A stretch of 55,976 nucleotides of DNA, taken from assembly GCA_964654505.1 (NCBI GenBank), contig CAZZJN010000001.1, positions 31,195-87,170 of the forward strand. Direction: 5' to 3'. Source of the stretch: an uncultured Ardenticatenaceae bacterium (GTDB lineage Bacteria; Chloroflexota; Anaerolineae; Promineifilales; Promineifilaceae). Of this stretch, positions 37,615-47,983 are shown in pieces. Numbering within the stretch: position 1 is the stretch's first letter; every line of letters begins with the position of its first letter. The translations under genes were made by a program, and so were the position numbers. Below the pieces are notes generated by a model. The model was not told the DNA's origin. It made no database searches and was given only the letters and a program-made list of their open reading frames with translations.

Positions 37615-38910
37615 TCAGGGTTCGTCCTGAACATTCTCAAACCAAAGTTCCACGGTTGCCTCGCTGCCGTGTAGCTCAATGAGCGCTTTGTTCATTGGAT
37701 CCAAACTTGAATCTCCGCCGGCCGAGACGAAGTATGAGCCGATAAAAAACCGATTGACTTCGCCCGCTATGCCTTCGCCCGCCGTTATCGTTATGCGGAA
37801 GGGCAGTTGCGTGCTGCTGGCCGGATCGTTCAACCCGCCGATCAATTGATACGCGCCCGGGGCGAGATCGGCCGGTACGCTTAGTATCAAACGTGCTTTG
37901 GCTCGTCGACCGTCTGCAGTCGTGGCGGTTTGAATCGGCTCGTCGCTTTGGGCAACCATCGTGCCGTCGTCTTTCCGGATCAGATGAACGAAAGCCGTCG
38001 CCTCAGCAGGGTCGAGCGGCAGGCCCCAATGAGTGACCACTTCGATATCCATACCCGGCACAAGCCGGGATTGCGTCTGCTCCTCGCCGCCGTCCGTTTG
38101 CACGGTCTCCGTGACAATGCCACCGCGGACCGAATAGTCCAGAAGCGTGTAGCGCGCCCCGTCAGGAGGCAAAGCGGTCGCCACCGGGTCGATGTTTGCG
38201 ATACCGTTCTCTCCCATGGTTGCCGACTCTATGACATACTCATAAATCACGGCCGAAGAGATCGAGTCATAGATGGGCATGCGCGCGCCATCTTCATCAT
38301 AGAGGCCGACGACCACGGTGAAGTCACCCTCAGGCAACGTGTCCGGCAGAGCGACGAGAAAATCGGCCGCTTGTTCCTCGCCGCTCGTGTGGAGTTGCCC
38401 GTCAGCCTTGGCGATTGTTTGCCCCGAATCGTCGCGCAACTCGGCAAACGGCCGCGCCCCGACCAGAGCATCGGGGATCATCCAGCGCACATGTATGTCC
38501 AATGTTCCGCCGGGCGTCAGTCCTTCGGGGACATTCTCCGAGAAGGCCGTCAGGACAGCGGCCGTGACGGGAGGCGTTGAAACGCGGGGTATCCCGACAT
38601 TGGGTGAATCCCCGAAAGGAACCCTCCCTGCGCTGCTCACCGATAGCCAGGTCGCAATGACGATCACCGCCAGCAAGCCCGCCCCGGCCAAAGAACCGGT
38701 AAACCGCCAAAATCGACCCGACGATTTGTCCGCCGTGTCGTATTGATTGAGAAGATCGCGCCGCAACTGGCGGTGAAATTCGACCGACATAGCTGGTATC
38801 TCGCCTCTCGTCTTTTCAAGCCTGGCTGCAACCGACAGTAATTCGTCATCGCGCTCGCCCGCTTCCAGTTGTTCCGACCAATCCCGCAGGTTCATTTTGT
38901 TCTCTTTCAT
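37615..38910 (-). CDS. Putative anti-sigma factor: cytoplasmic N-terminus, single TM, two extracytoplasmic beta-rich domains
   Basis: Start overlaps the sigma stop; F...LR.DL motif, TM LAGAGLLAVIVIATWL, duplicated C-terminal domain. Confidence 0.6.
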   Translation of the reverse strand: MKENKMNLRDWSEQLEAGERDDELLSVAARLEKTRGEIPAMSVEFHRQLRRDLLNQYDTADKSSGRFWRFTGSLAGAGLLAVIVIATWLSVSSAGRVPFGDSPNVGIPRVSTPPVTAAVLTAFSENVPEGLTPGGTLDIHVRWMIPDALVGARPFAELRDDSGQTIAKADGQLHTSGEEQAADFLVALPDTLPEGDFTVVVGLYDEDGARMPIYDSISSAVIYEYVIESATMGENGIANIDPVATALPPDGARYTLLDYSVRGGIVTETVQTDGGEEQTQSRLVPGMDIEVVTHWGLPLDPAEATAFVHLIRKDDGTMVAQSDEPIQTATTADGRRAKARLILSVPADLAPGAYQLIGGLNDPASSTQLPFRITITAGEGIAGEVNRFFIGSYFVSAGGDSSLDPMNKALIELHGSEATVELWFENVQDEP

Positions 38911-39515
38911 CGTTGTTTCCCCTCTATCTCGACCAGATGGCCACGCAGGCGTTCCAAAGCCCGATGCAGGCGTACATAGACCACATTACGCGAGCAATCC
39001 AGGATTTGAGCTACTTCCTCAGTAGATAGCTGCTCCAGAAAACGCAATGTAACGACTTCGCGATCAGTCCGACTCAACTGCATCAGCGCTTCGTGTAAGC
39101 TTTGATCGCGTTCACCAGACAGGACGATCGATTCAATGGGCCGATCTCCTACACGTACATCCACTCCTTGTTCTGATGAATCGATCCCATCGTCAATCGT
39201 CAATGGCCCAAGTCGCTTGTTTCGGCGATAGTTCTGGATGATCTCATTGCGGGCGATGCGATAGAGCCAGGGCGCGAGACCCATTTTCTCCCAACGAAAT
39301 CGTCGGATGTGACGCAGTGCACTCTCAAAGGTGGTAGCAGTGATATCTTGAGCCACCGCCACGTCGCGGGTTTCACGGAGAGCGTAGTCATAGATTCGTT
39401 CGACGTATCGGTTGTACAGCGTGCCAAATGCGGCCGGCTCACTTTTAGCCCGCTCCACCAGAGCCGCTTCATCCATATTAATATTAACGTTTGGGTTCGT
39501 GGTGAGTGACGTCAT
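38907..39515 (-). CDS. ECF-type RNA polymerase sigma-70 factor
   Basis: AF..LYNRY, AQDI...TF, WLYRIARN, REVVTLRF...LSTEEVAQIL....VYVRLHRAL; alternative start at 39476. Confidence 0.92.
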   Translation of the reverse strand: MTSLTTNPNVNINMDEAALVERAKSEPAAFGTLYNRYVERIYDYALRETRDVAVAQDITATTFESALRHIRRFRWEKMGLAPWLYRIARNEIIQNYRRNKRLGPLTIDDGIDSSEQGVDVRVGDRPIESIVLSGERDQSLHEALMQLSRTDREVVTLRFLEQLSTEEVAQILDCSRNVVYVRLHRALERLRGHLVEIEGKQR

Positions 39516-39523
39516 ACACTTAA

Positions 39524-39551
39524 ATAACGTCAACGAGGCCAAAATCTTACA
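39524..39551 (-). promoter_or_regulatory. Putative autoregulatory ECF promoter
   Basis: Minus strand TGTAAG-N16-CGTTAT, ending 8 nt before ATG 39515. Confidence 0.6.
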
Positions 39552-39584
39552 GCAATATGGAGAAATGAGGAGAAACTGCCTGAA

Positions 39585-39621
39585 ATCGATCGGTTGGAGG
39601 TGATATCTCCAGCCGATCGAT
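39585..39621 (-). terminator. Stem-loop / probable terminator
   Basis: atcgatcggttggag / ctccagccgatcgat 15-bp near-perfect inverted repeat downstream of the NTF2-like gene. Confidence 0.55.
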
Positions 39622-39638
39622 CTCATCTTTAAAACCTG

Positions 39639-40049
39639 TTATGGTTGTTCGCGAGGAGCTTTCCAGGCCGGAGACTTGTGAACGTGGACGACCTGCCATG
39701 CGCCGGTGTTCCGCCGGTGCAGCACCCGGCTCTCGTTGTGGAGGGAGTGCTTAATGCCATCGGCCGTGGCGATGGAGAGCATAAAGGTGTAGCTGACGAC
39801 AGCTGTGTCGCCATAGAGTTGCAGGCGCGGCTCCAGCAGATCGTAGCGATATTCGTCGCCCGTTCCCGCCCAACCGTGTTCGATCATAAAGTAATGAAAG
39901 TCCAGCCCGTCTTGCCGGTGCGGAGCGACGAACCATTCATATAACGACAGATCCTCGCCGGTGGTCGCTCGGTACGTCCCGACGTCGCGGGTGAATATGC
40001 TGTGCAAATGGCGGTGGAGAAAATCCCAAATCTCTTGTTCAGCGGTCAT
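39639..40049 (-). CDS. NTF2/SnoaL-like (CaMKII association-domain-like) protein
   Basis: EPRLQLYGDTAVVSY, ESRV, WQVVHVHKS; AGGAG RBS before ATG 40049. Confidence 0.8.
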   Translation of the reverse strand: MTAEQEIWDFLHRHLHSIFTRDVGTYRATTGEDLSLYEWFVAPHRQDGLDFHYFMIEHGWAGTGDEYRYDLLEPRLQLYGDTAVVSYTFMLSIATADGIKHSLHNESRVLHRRNTGAWQVVHVHKSPAWKAPREQP

Positions 40050-40265
40050 TGTTGTCTCCTGAAAGAGAATCTGGCGACGGATGACACAAGCCCCATGCAA
40101 AAGCTTGGGATAGCCTGGAAATCCGCGGTCATTTTTCTGTGTGAGAGGGTATCCAGATTCCCCGTGGAGTATGGGCCTGTCCCGGCTATTTGACAAGAGT
40201 TACCGGTATAGTCGACAATTCCCACGGGTTCGGCCGGCGGGACGAACCGGGAGCATGTCCATCCG

Positions 40266-41267
40266 ATGAAACGAGCGACACTCATATTTAATCCGCGAGC
40301 CGGACAGCTCACGATGGCGGGCAAGGTTGAGCCTGTGGCCGACTTCTGGCGAGCACGTGGCTGGCGGATGACCTTGCGTGCAACCGAGGCGCCCGGCCAT
40401 GCCACTGAACTGGCTCGTCGCGCGGCCGAGGCGGGAGAAGAGCTGGTGCTGGCCGTCGGCGGCGACGGCACGATGGGCCAGGTCGCCACCGGTCTCGCCG
40501 GTAGCCCGACCATCATGGCCCCGCTGCCCATCGGCACGTCCAATGCGCTGGCCAGAGAGCTAAAACTGCCCCGGCCGCAGTTGCTCGACGCCAAGGCTCC
40601 CTTCGACGCCTCGGAGGCGCTGATGGCGGGACGGGTGCAGGCGATCGATCTGACCCACGTCCAGAGCCAGACGGAAGCCGGTTATGCACTCCTCTGGACA
40701 GGCATCGGCGCGGACGGGTTTCTCGTTCAGCAAATCGAGCCGCGACCGGACTGGTCAAAACGTCTGGGACCTATCGGCTATGGCATCCAGATGTTTTCCC
40801 TGCTTCATCGGCTTCCATCCATGCACGCCGTCGTTCAGGTTGACGACCAGACGCTGGAGGATGATTTGCTGCTCATCCTCATCAGCACGGCCCGCCTCTA
40901 TGCCGGGGGATTGATTGAGTTGAGCGCCGCCTCTCGTTTCGATGACGGTCTGTTTGAGGTGTGGCTCTTTCGTGCCGATTCCGTGGCGGCTCGCCTGGAA
41001 CCGTCTCGCGCGCCCCTCATGATTCGCTATCTGACCGAAGTCCAATTGAATTTGGAGCGGCGGGACCCCGGCGTCACTACCATCACCGGCAAGCGTGTGG
41101 CCATCCAAACCCAACCCAAAATGCCCTGCCAAACCGACGGCGAATGGGCCGGTTACTCACCCCTCACCTGCGAGATCCGTCCGGGCGCATTGAACTTGCT
41201 CGTCCCTCCGGCGGCTCCTGCCGATCTGTTCTCCAGACCCGGCATCCCCCTAAGCGAACTCGTCTGA
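40266..41267 (+). CDS. Diacylglycerol kinase family lipid kinase
   Basis: [40 protein letters not shown]. Confidence 0.92.
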   Translation: MKRATLIFNPRAGQLTMAGKVEPVADFWRARGWRMTLRATEAPGHATELARRAAEAGEELVLAVGGDGTMGQVATGLAGSPTIMAPLPIGTSNALARELKLPRPQLLDAKAPFDASEALMAGRVQAIDLTHVQSQTEAGYALLWTGIGADGFLVQQIEPRPDWSKRLGPIGYGIQMFSLLHRLPSMHAVVQVDDQTLEDDLLLILISTARLYAGGLIELSAASRFDDGLFEVWLFRADSVAARLEPSRAPLMIRYLTEVQLNLERRDPGVTTITGKRVAIQTQPKMPCQTDGEWAGYSPLTCEIRPGALNLLVPPAAPADLFSRPGIPLSELV

Positions 41268-41331
41268 CAAACCCCTCCTGCCCCGATTGACCACGCTTGC
41301 AATGTCGTCAACTTGACGTAAACTAGCGGGC

Positions 41332-42378
41332 ATGGACAGAATCGACTTCCGTTCCGACACCGTCAGCTGGCCCACACCCGCCATGCGCGAGGCAATGGCC
41401 ACGGCTACTGTCGGCGATGACGTATACGGCGAGGACCCCACCGTCAATCAACTGGAAGCGCTGGCCGCGGCGAAGGTGGGCAAGGAGGCCGGTCTGTTCG
41501 TTGCCAGCGGCACGATGGGCAATCTGAGCGCCATCCTGGCTCACGCCGGACGGGGCGATGAGGCGATCCTCGGCGCGGATTGCCACGTGATTTCCTGGGA
41601 GGCGGGCAGCATGGCCGCGCTGGGCGGCGTCTTTCCCCATCCGCTGCCCACGGACGCCTTCGGCCGCATGGACCCCATCGCCGTCGAGCGCGCCGTGCGA
41701 GAGGACGATCCCCATCTGCCACATACCCGGCTCGTCCTCGTCGAGAACTCTTACGGCGCCAAACACGGTTACCCTCTGCCGCCGGCCTATTTCGCCGAGA
41801 TCGAAGCCGTGGCGCGACGAAACGGCCTGAGCTTGCATATGGATGGCGCGCGATTGTTCAACGCCGCGGTAGCCCAGAATATCGACGCGGCCGAGATCAC
41901 GCGTTACGTCGATTCAGTGACATTTTGCCTCAGCAAGGGGCTGTGCGCGCCCGTCGGCTCGGTGCTGTGCGGCTCGGCCGATTTTATTCACCGGGCGCGA
42001 CGTATTCGCAAGTCGTTGGGCGGCGGGATGCGGCAGGCCGGGATATTGGCCGCAGCCGGTATCGTCGCGCTCAACGACATGGTGGAGCGCCTGAGCGATG
42101 ACCATGCCCATGCCCACCTGCTGGCCGAGGGCCTGACCCGAATTCCGGGGATTGTGGCCGATGCCTCAATGGTGCGCACCAACATGGTTTTCTTTGATCT
42201 GGCCGACGATGTACCCCTTTCACCCCGGGATGTAGCCGAGCGCATGCGAGCGGATACCAACGTCTGGGTCGGCACGAACGGCCCGCGCGGTTTCCGCGCC
42301 GTAACTCATTACTGGATCGGCGAAAGCGAAGTTCAAACATTTCTCAGTTCGCTGGAGCACACTTTGGCGCAGGCCTGA
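41332..42378 (+). CDS. ltaE: Low-specificity L-threonine aldolase
   Basis: [58 protein letters not shown]. Confidence 0.94.
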   Translation: MDRIDFRSDTVSWPTPAMREAMATATVGDDVYGEDPTVNQLEALAAAKVGKEAGLFVASGTMGNLSAILAHAGRGDEAILGADCHVISWEAGSMAALGGVFPHPLPTDAFGRMDPIAVERAVREDDPHLPHTRLVLVENSYGAKHGYPLPPAYFAEIEAVARRNGLSLHMDGARLFNAAVAQNIDAAEITRYVDSVTFCLSKGLCAPVGSVLCGSADFIHRARRIRKSLGGGMRQAGILAAAGIVALNDMVERLSDDHAHAHLLAEGLTRIPGIVADASMVRTNMVFFDLADDVPLSPRDVAERMRADTNVWVGTNGPRGFRAVTHYWIGESEVQTFLSSLEHTLAQA

Positions 42379-42414
42379 ATAGTCCCTGATTAAGCGAAAG
42401 AGCAGGAGAGAAGT

Positions 42415-45400
42415 ATGACCAGCCTTATCGGTCAAACCCTGAACAAACGATATCGGCTCGACGCATTGCTTGGCGACGGCGGAATGGGGACGGTCTATCG
42501 CGCGGCTGATCTTAACCTGGAGCGCCAGGTGGCGATCAAGTTGATGCACAGCCACTTCGCCCGCCAGGAAGAGTTTCGCATTCGCCTGATTCAGGAGGCG
42601 CGCACGGCTGCCCAGCTCGATCACCCGTCCATCGTTCGCGTCTACGATTTCGGCGATTCTGAATCCGGCCTGTTCATCGCCATGGAATACATTGATGGCG
42701 GCAGCCTGCGCGATCATCTGCGACGCTTGCAACGACTCCAAAAATATCTGCCGCTCATCCAGTGCCTGCAGATCGCCATCCAGATCGCCGAAGCTCTCGA
42801 TTACGCCCACACCCGCAAGATCATCCATCGCGACGTCAAGCCCGGTAACATCATCCTAAAACGACTCAGCCGACCCGACGAAGCGGGCACGCAGCCGTTT
42901 CGCGCGCTGCTGACCGACTTCGGCCTGGTCAAGCTTCAGGAAGGGACGAGCCTGACGCAGAGCGGGGCCACCGTCGGCACGCCGACCTATATGTCGCCTG
43001 AACAGTGCGAGGGGCGCGAACTCGACGGCCGCACCGACCTCTATTCGTTGGGCGTCGTCCTCTACGAACTGATCGGCAACAGACTGCCGTTCGCCTTCCA
43101 AACCCTTACCGAGGCCATCTCCGCCCATCGCTCCGGTGTGCAACCCCCACCGGTCAGCTCCCTGCGTCCCGAAGTGCCCCCCATTATCGACTCGCTGTTG
43201 GAGCGCGCCCTGGCCAAGGCGCCGGAGGATCGCTTCTCCTCAGGAGCCGTCATGGCCGATGCCCTGCGTAGCGCATTCGTCGCTCTGGAGGGCTTGCCGA
43301 CACGAGTGATGCTCCATCAGGAACTCAACATCCTCGATCAAGTGGCCGAGCCGCCCGCCGGTTACGAATTGCACATTCACACACCCGGCCATTCGGACAG
43401 CATCGTCCCTCTCAACCGTTCGGTCATCACTCTCGGCCGCAATCTGGACAACGATATCGTCCTGCCGGCCGACGGCGTCTCGCGCCACCATACCCGGCTC
43501 CAGGCGACGTCGCTCGGTTGGGAGGCCGTCGACATGGGCGGTGTCAACGGCACCTGGCTCGATGAGCACCGCCTCCGCCCGGAAGAGCCAACACCGCTGG
43601 GGGTAGGTTCCTTTCTGCGCATCGGCCCCTACGAAATGGTTTTGCAAGGCCCGGAAATGCCGCTTGGCGCGGCTGAGGCAGGTGTCAAAGGCGAGGTGAT
43701 CTCCGCGCCCATCACACCCGGATTCACTGCCGCGCCACTCGCCCCTGGCGGCTCAACTCCGGCTATGCCGGTCGGGGCTGTGGTGTCCGAGCAGCCGACC
43801 CAACCGCCGACATCCCCTGCCCCCCTCGCCCTTCACATGGCGCGCAACACCATCACCGTCGAACCCGGCCATCGTGTAGAGGTGAAGGTGGACGTCGAGA
43901 ATCGCGGGGACCAGGAGGACAAGGTGACCTTGCGCGTGCAGGGCATCAACCCGGCGTGGGTCGAAGTACCGGACGACTTTAAGGCCGTTGCCCCGCGCGG
44001 GACGGTATCGATACCTTTCGCCGTCCAGCCTCCGCGAGGCCGAGGCGCGCCATCCGGCCGCCAACGCCTGCGCATTGAAGTGGTGTCGCAACGCTATCCG
44101 GAGGCCAAAGTCGGCATCAGCGCCGCACTGACCGTGGGCGACTTCATCTCCTTCGAAGCCGGGATGGATCCGTCGGATTTCCGCCTGCCGGGGCGAACCC
44201 TCGTGACGATTCGCAACACGGGCAATGCCCCGACTGAATTCAAGGTAAGCGGCCGCGATATACAGGATTTCATCCGGTTCCGTGGCGAGCGGGAGGGCAT
44301 ACCGCTTCAGCCAGGCCAGTCAGCTAATGTGGAGCTGGTCCTGGAGCCGCGCCAGACCAACTGGATCGGCGCCGGCGATACCTATCCCTTCGATGTGGAG
44401 GTGTCGGCCGCCCGTGGCGGGAAAAAGACGTTGCCCGGCGAGGGCAGCGTTCGCGCCTTCATTCCAACACCCATGCTCTATGGCTTGCTGTTTCTGCTCA
44501 CCTTTGCCTGCGTGGTGGGTTCGGCCGCCATTTTCTCCAATTGGGGTCGCATCCTGGGTATCGGCGCAACGAGTACCCCCACAGCCACCACTTCCTTTGA
44601 GCAGCTTGCGGCGACGCAATCGTCCATCGCCATGGCCCAAACGGTTGTCGTGGCCACCCAGAGCGGCGCGGCCACGAACGTCGCCCTGACCGCGGCCGTG
44701 GAGGGCGACAGTGACGGCGACGGCCTGGTCGATACCCAGGAGGCCGTGCTGGGCACCGATCCCAACAATCGCGATACGGACGGCGATGGCTTGAGCGACG
44801 GCGACGAGGTACTCATCTATTCCACCGATCCTCGCAATCGGGATACCGACGGCGACATCCTGACCGACTACGACGAGGTGATGATCCACAAGACCAACCC
44901 GCGATTGGCCGACACCGATGGCGACGGGATCCCGGACGGGCTTGAAGTCGCGCAGGGCACAGACCCGCTCGTACCCAACCCGCCGACGGCCACGATCCCC
45001 GCGCCAACGCAAATAATTCCGCCCACCTGGACACCTATCCCGCCGGCACCTCAGCCCACAGCGGTTCCAACAGCCATTATCTTGCCCACGGCGACATGGA
45101 CGCCACTGCCACCGCCTACAGCAACGACCGCAGCCCCTGCGACCATTGCGCCGCCACCTTCGGCAGCCGCGCTAAGTTGTGTCGCCGCGCCGCCGGTGCT
45201 CGATGGAGTGCTCAACGTCGGCTCCGAGTGGCCAAGCGCACCGATGTTCACCTTCCAGCCCGCCGTCGCCGGTTCTGAGAGAACTGTGCAAGTATATGGC
45301 GCGCGCAATGGTGGACGAATCTACTTCGCCTATCTGATCAACGATAACGTCAACGAGATATCGGATGCAGCCCGGCTATACATTGACACGACCAACAACG

Positions 45401-45732
45401 GCGGCGATCCGGACACAGCCGATCGCTTCTTCCAGGTCAATCGCAACGGCGACCGCCTTATCTGGTCGGGCATCGGTAGCAATGCCGACGGCCAGAGCTG
45501 GAACAGCAATTACGCCTCAACCAATTGGGCGGCCGCGGTAGGCGCGCCCAATGGCGGCCAATGGGTAGCTGAGTTTGCGATCGACGCCGCGGCCGAGCTT
45601 GGCGCCCTGACCAATCCTTTCGGGCTGATGGCGGAGGTATACTTCACCGGCGACACGGCCGCATTCCCCTCGACGGCCTCAGCCACACAGGCAAACACCT
45701 GGGGAGACATCGGCAATCCGGTTTGCCCGTGA
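42415..45732 (+). CDS. Hanks-type Ser/Thr protein kinase with FHA, Ig-like domains, TM, Ca-binding repeats and an extracellular domain
   Basis: LGDGGMGTVY, VAIK, HRDVKPGN, DFG, GTPTYMSPE; FHA motifs LGRNLDND, VSRHH, NGTW; DxDGDG repeats; Pro/Thr linker. Confidence 0.92.
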   Translation: MTSLIGQTLNKRYRLDALLGDGGMGTVYRAADLNLERQVAIKLMHSHFARQEEFRIRLIQEARTAAQLDHPSIVRVYDFGDSESGLFIAMEYIDGGSLRDHLRRLQRLQKYLPLIQCLQIAIQIAEALDYAHTRKIIHRDVKPGNIILKRLSRPDEAGTQPFRALLTDFGLVKLQEGTSLTQSGATVGTPTYMSPEQCEGRELDGRTDLYSLGVVLYELIGNRLPFAFQTLTEAISAHRSGVQPPPVSSLRPEVPPIIDSLLERALAKAPEDRFSSGAVMADALRSAFVALEGLPTRVMLHQELNILDQVAEPPAGYELHIHTPGHSDSIVPLNRSVITLGRNLDNDIVLPADGVSRHHTRLQATSLGWEAVDMGGVNGTWLDEHRLRPEEPTPLGVGSFLRIGPYEMVLQGPEMPLGAAEAGVKGEVISAPITPGFTAAPLAPGGSTPAMPVGAVVSEQPTQPPTSPAPLALHMARNTITVEPGHRVEVKVDVENRGDQEDKVTLRVQGINPAWVEVPDDFKAVAPRGTVSIPFAVQPPRGRGAPSGRQRLRIEVVSQRYPEAKVGISAALTVGDFISFEAGMDPSDFRLPGRTLVTIRNTGNAPTEFKVSGRDIQDFIRFRGEREGIPLQPGQSANVELVLEPRQTNWIGAGDTYPFDVEVSAARGGKKTLPGEGSVRAFIPTPMLYGLLFLLTFACVVGSAAIFSNWGRILGIGATSTPTATTSFEQLAATQSSIAMAQTVVVATQSGAATNVALTAAVEGDSDGDGLVDTQEAVLGTDPNNRDTDGDGLSDGDEVLIYSTDPRNRDTDGDILTDYDEVMIHKTNPRLADTDGDGIPDGLEVAQGTDPLVPNPPTATIPAPTQIIPPTWTPIPPAPQPTAVPTAIILPTATWTPLPPPTATTAAPATIAPPPSAAALSCVAAPPVLDGVLNVGSEWPSAPMFTFQPAVAGSERTVQVYGARNGGRIYFAYLINDNVNEISDAARLYIDTTNNGGDPDTADRFFQVNRNGDRLIWSGIGSNADGQSWNSNYASTNWAAAVGAPNGGQWVAEFAIDAAAELGALTNPFGLMAEVYFTGDTAAFPSTASATQANTWGDIGNPVCP
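44707..44967 (+). repeat. Four bacterial TSP3-like (DxDGDGL.D..E....TDP) repeats within the kinase
   Basis: DSDGDGLVDTQE..GTDP / DTDGDGLSDGDE..STDP / DTDGDILTDYDE..KTNP / DTDGDGIPDGLE..GTDP. Confidence 0.88.
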
Positions 45733-45760
45733 TCGGTTGAGGTTTCAATTCAATCCACAG

Positions 45761-45790
45761 TCTCCCGTCGTGCTCACTGACGGCGGGAGA
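45761..45790 (+). terminator. Stem-loop between the kinase and MFS genes
   Basis: tctcccgtcgt / acggcgggaga; the 3' arm contains the GGGAGA just upstream of the MFS ATG. Confidence 0.55.
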
Positions 45791-45795
45791 TATTT

Positions 45796-47052
45796 ATGCT
45801 AGAGTCTGGGTTTATGCAGATATCGATCGACGATCTGACCCCCGGCGCCCGCAGCCGGGGGCTTTATACCGTTTTCATCATCACCTTCCTGATGCATGCG
45901 GGCTTCTTCCTCATCATCCCCCTCGTCTCGCTTCACTACGTCGATCGGTTGGGTTGGGCGGCCGCGTTCATCGGCCTCGTGCTGGCCATCCGCCAGTTTG
46001 CCCAACAGGGCCTGACGGTGTTTGGCGGGGCGCTGGCTGACCGGGTCGGGCCAAAACGATTGATCCTGGCCGGGGTGCTGATCCGTGCCATCAGCTTCGT
46101 CGTCATGGGTTACGCCGCTACACCGTGGGTCTTGATGGTGTCGGGCATCCTTGCGGCTATCGGCGGGGCGCTCTTCGACGCACCACAGCGAGCTACTCTG
46201 GCCACGTTGGCCCCTGAAGATCGACTGAATGACCTTTACGGCCGGTTAGGCATCTTGCAAAACGTCGCCCGCGGCGTTGGCCCGCTCATCGGCGCCTACC
46301 TCATCCGCTATGACTTCCAGGTCGTGGGGCTTGGCTCGGCGGCGTTTTTCCTGTTGGCATTCTTCATCACCTTGGCCTTCTTGCCATCAGTGAGCGTCTG
46401 CACCACCACGCAGTCGGTCCGCGCCGGGTTGAGTATGGCTCTGCGTGACAACGCCTTCGTCATCTTCACTGTTTTGCTCATGGGTTTCTGGTTCATGTGG
46501 GTGCAACTGTCCATCGCCATGCCCCTCCAGATAAAGCACCTGACCGGGACCGACACCAGCGTGGGCATCATGTTCACCGTCAGCGCGGTCCTGTCGATCG
46601 TCTTGCAGGTTCCCGCCCTCGATCTGGCGCAACGCTTCATGCGGCCGATGCTCATCATCGTCGCCGGGATGGTCCTCATCGCCTTCGGGATGGCGCTGAT
46701 AGCCGCCGGGAGCGGGTTGCTCCTGTTCTATGCCGGCCTGTTTTTCTTCTCCCTCGGCTCGGTTCTGGCCACGCCCAGCACACAGACGGTAACGGCGCAA
46801 ATGGCCGACGACCGGGCGCGCGGCGCATATTTCGGTGTCGGGTCGCTCTCGATGGCCGTCGGCGGCGGCCTGGGGCACTTCCTGGGTGGGGCGCTGATCG
46901 ATGTGGCTGCTCGTCAACAGATGCCCGCGCTGCCGTGGCTGATATTCGCCGGCGTGGGCTTCGTATCGGCCGCCGGCTTGCTCGTCTTCTATTGGTCCCA
47001 CCGAACAGACCCTATTCGCCCATTACCCCGCGCGGCCATCTCCGGAGACTGA
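45796..47052 (+). CDS. MFS transporter (MdtH-like)
   Basis: About 12 TM segments, GGALADRVGPKRLI motif A, QQGL, ARGAYFG. Confidence 0.9.
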   Translation: MLESGFMQISIDDLTPGARSRGLYTVFIITFLMHAGFFLIIPLVSLHYVDRLGWAAAFIGLVLAIRQFAQQGLTVFGGALADRVGPKRLILAGVLIRAISFVVMGYAATPWVLMVSGILAAIGGALFDAPQRATLATLAPEDRLNDLYGRLGILQNVARGVGPLIGAYLIRYDFQVVGLGSAAFFLLAFFITLAFLPSVSVCTTTQSVRAGLSMALRDNAFVIFTVLLMGFWFMWVQLSIAMPLQIKHLTGTDTSVGIMFTVSAVLSIVLQVPALDLAQRFMRPMLIIVAGMVLIAFGMALIAAGSGLLLFYAGLFFFSLGSVLATPSTQTVTAQMADDRARGAYFGVGSLSMAVGGGLGHFLGGALIDVAARQQMPALPWLIFAGVGFVSAAGLLVFYWSHRTDPIRPLPRAAISGD

Positions 47053-47060
47053 CCCCGAAT

Positions 47061-47090
47061 AAAATAGCCGTCTCCAGCGAGACGGCCTTT
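47061..47090. terminator. Bidirectional terminator
   Basis: gccgtctc/gagacggc stem with an A-run on one side and a T-run on the other, between convergent genes. Confidence 0.65.
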
Positions 47091-47122
47091 GTCAAACTCC
47101 TCAACCGGGCGAACCCCGGATT

Positions 47123-47983
47123 TCAGTGATAGCGGCTACGGTCGAGCACGTCATCAGTCGGCGACAGATCGACTGAGTCGGCCGTCGGCGTCTCCGGCAA
47201 AGGCTCCGGCTCAGCCTCGACAGGTTCCGGCGTGCGTAGCCGAAAGATGATGAACAGGCTCAACAGTGTAATGAGGGCCAATGCCCCTTCACTGGCATAG
47301 TTGCCCCAGCGCTGGGCGACGATGAGGGCCACCGCGTTGAGAAATGTGTGGAAGCCAATCGACAGGAACAGCCAGCGAATCGACCGTCGCAAAAAGACTT
47401 GCAGCACCATCACCGACATCGCCAGATGGGCGGTGACGGCAAACAGGCGTTCAACCGCGCCCAGCAAGGCGTCGTACCAAGGTAACGCCGACATGGACTC
47501 GGCCGTGGACGTGATGAGAGCCTGTTGATCTGCCGGCATGGTGCCCATGATTGTCGGATTGTTGACGATGTAGAGCAGTGCGAAATTATTGATGAGCAGG
47601 AGAAGGCCAAGCAAGATGGCCTCGATACCGCCGTGGCCCGCGCCCATCATCATGCCCCGCGACCAGGAACGAGCGTCCCTGGCCCAGAAGCGATAGGCCA
47701 GATAGCGGCCGACCTCCTCGAACACACCCGCCGACAAACCGTAGAAGATGGCGATGGCGATCAGGTTGATCCATGGGGTCAGATCAGTCGGCAGCACGCC
47801 GGTACGGGCGACAAGCCAGTTAAAGGGGATATGGAGAACCTGAGAGAGGACAAAGGTGACGGCGCCGATGAAAAACAGTCGCCAGCCCGCGCCTGTTCGG
47901 CGTCTAATAACGATGGCGATGGTGACCGGTATGGTCACCATCAGGATGGAGTTTAGGGCGAGGATAAAGTAAATCACGGACAA
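47123..47983 (-). CDS. YhfC-family glutamic-type intramembrane protease
   Basis: AGVFEEVGRY, GAGHGGIEA, ERLFA...H, FHTFLN. Confidence 0.88.
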   Translation of the reverse strand: MSVIYFILALNSILMVTIPVTIAIVIRRRTGAGWRLFFIGAVTFVLSQVLHIPFNWLVARTGVLPTDLTPWINLIAIAIFYGLSAGVFEEVGRYLAYRFWARDARSWSRGMMMGAGHGGIEAILLGLLLLINNFALLYIVNNPTIMGTMPADQQALITSTAESMSALPWYDALLGAVERLFAVTAHLAMSVMVLQVFLRRSIRWLFLSIGFHTFLNAVALIVAQRWGNYASEGALALITLLSLFIIFRLRTPEPVEAEPEPLPETPTADSVDLSPTDDVLDRSRYH

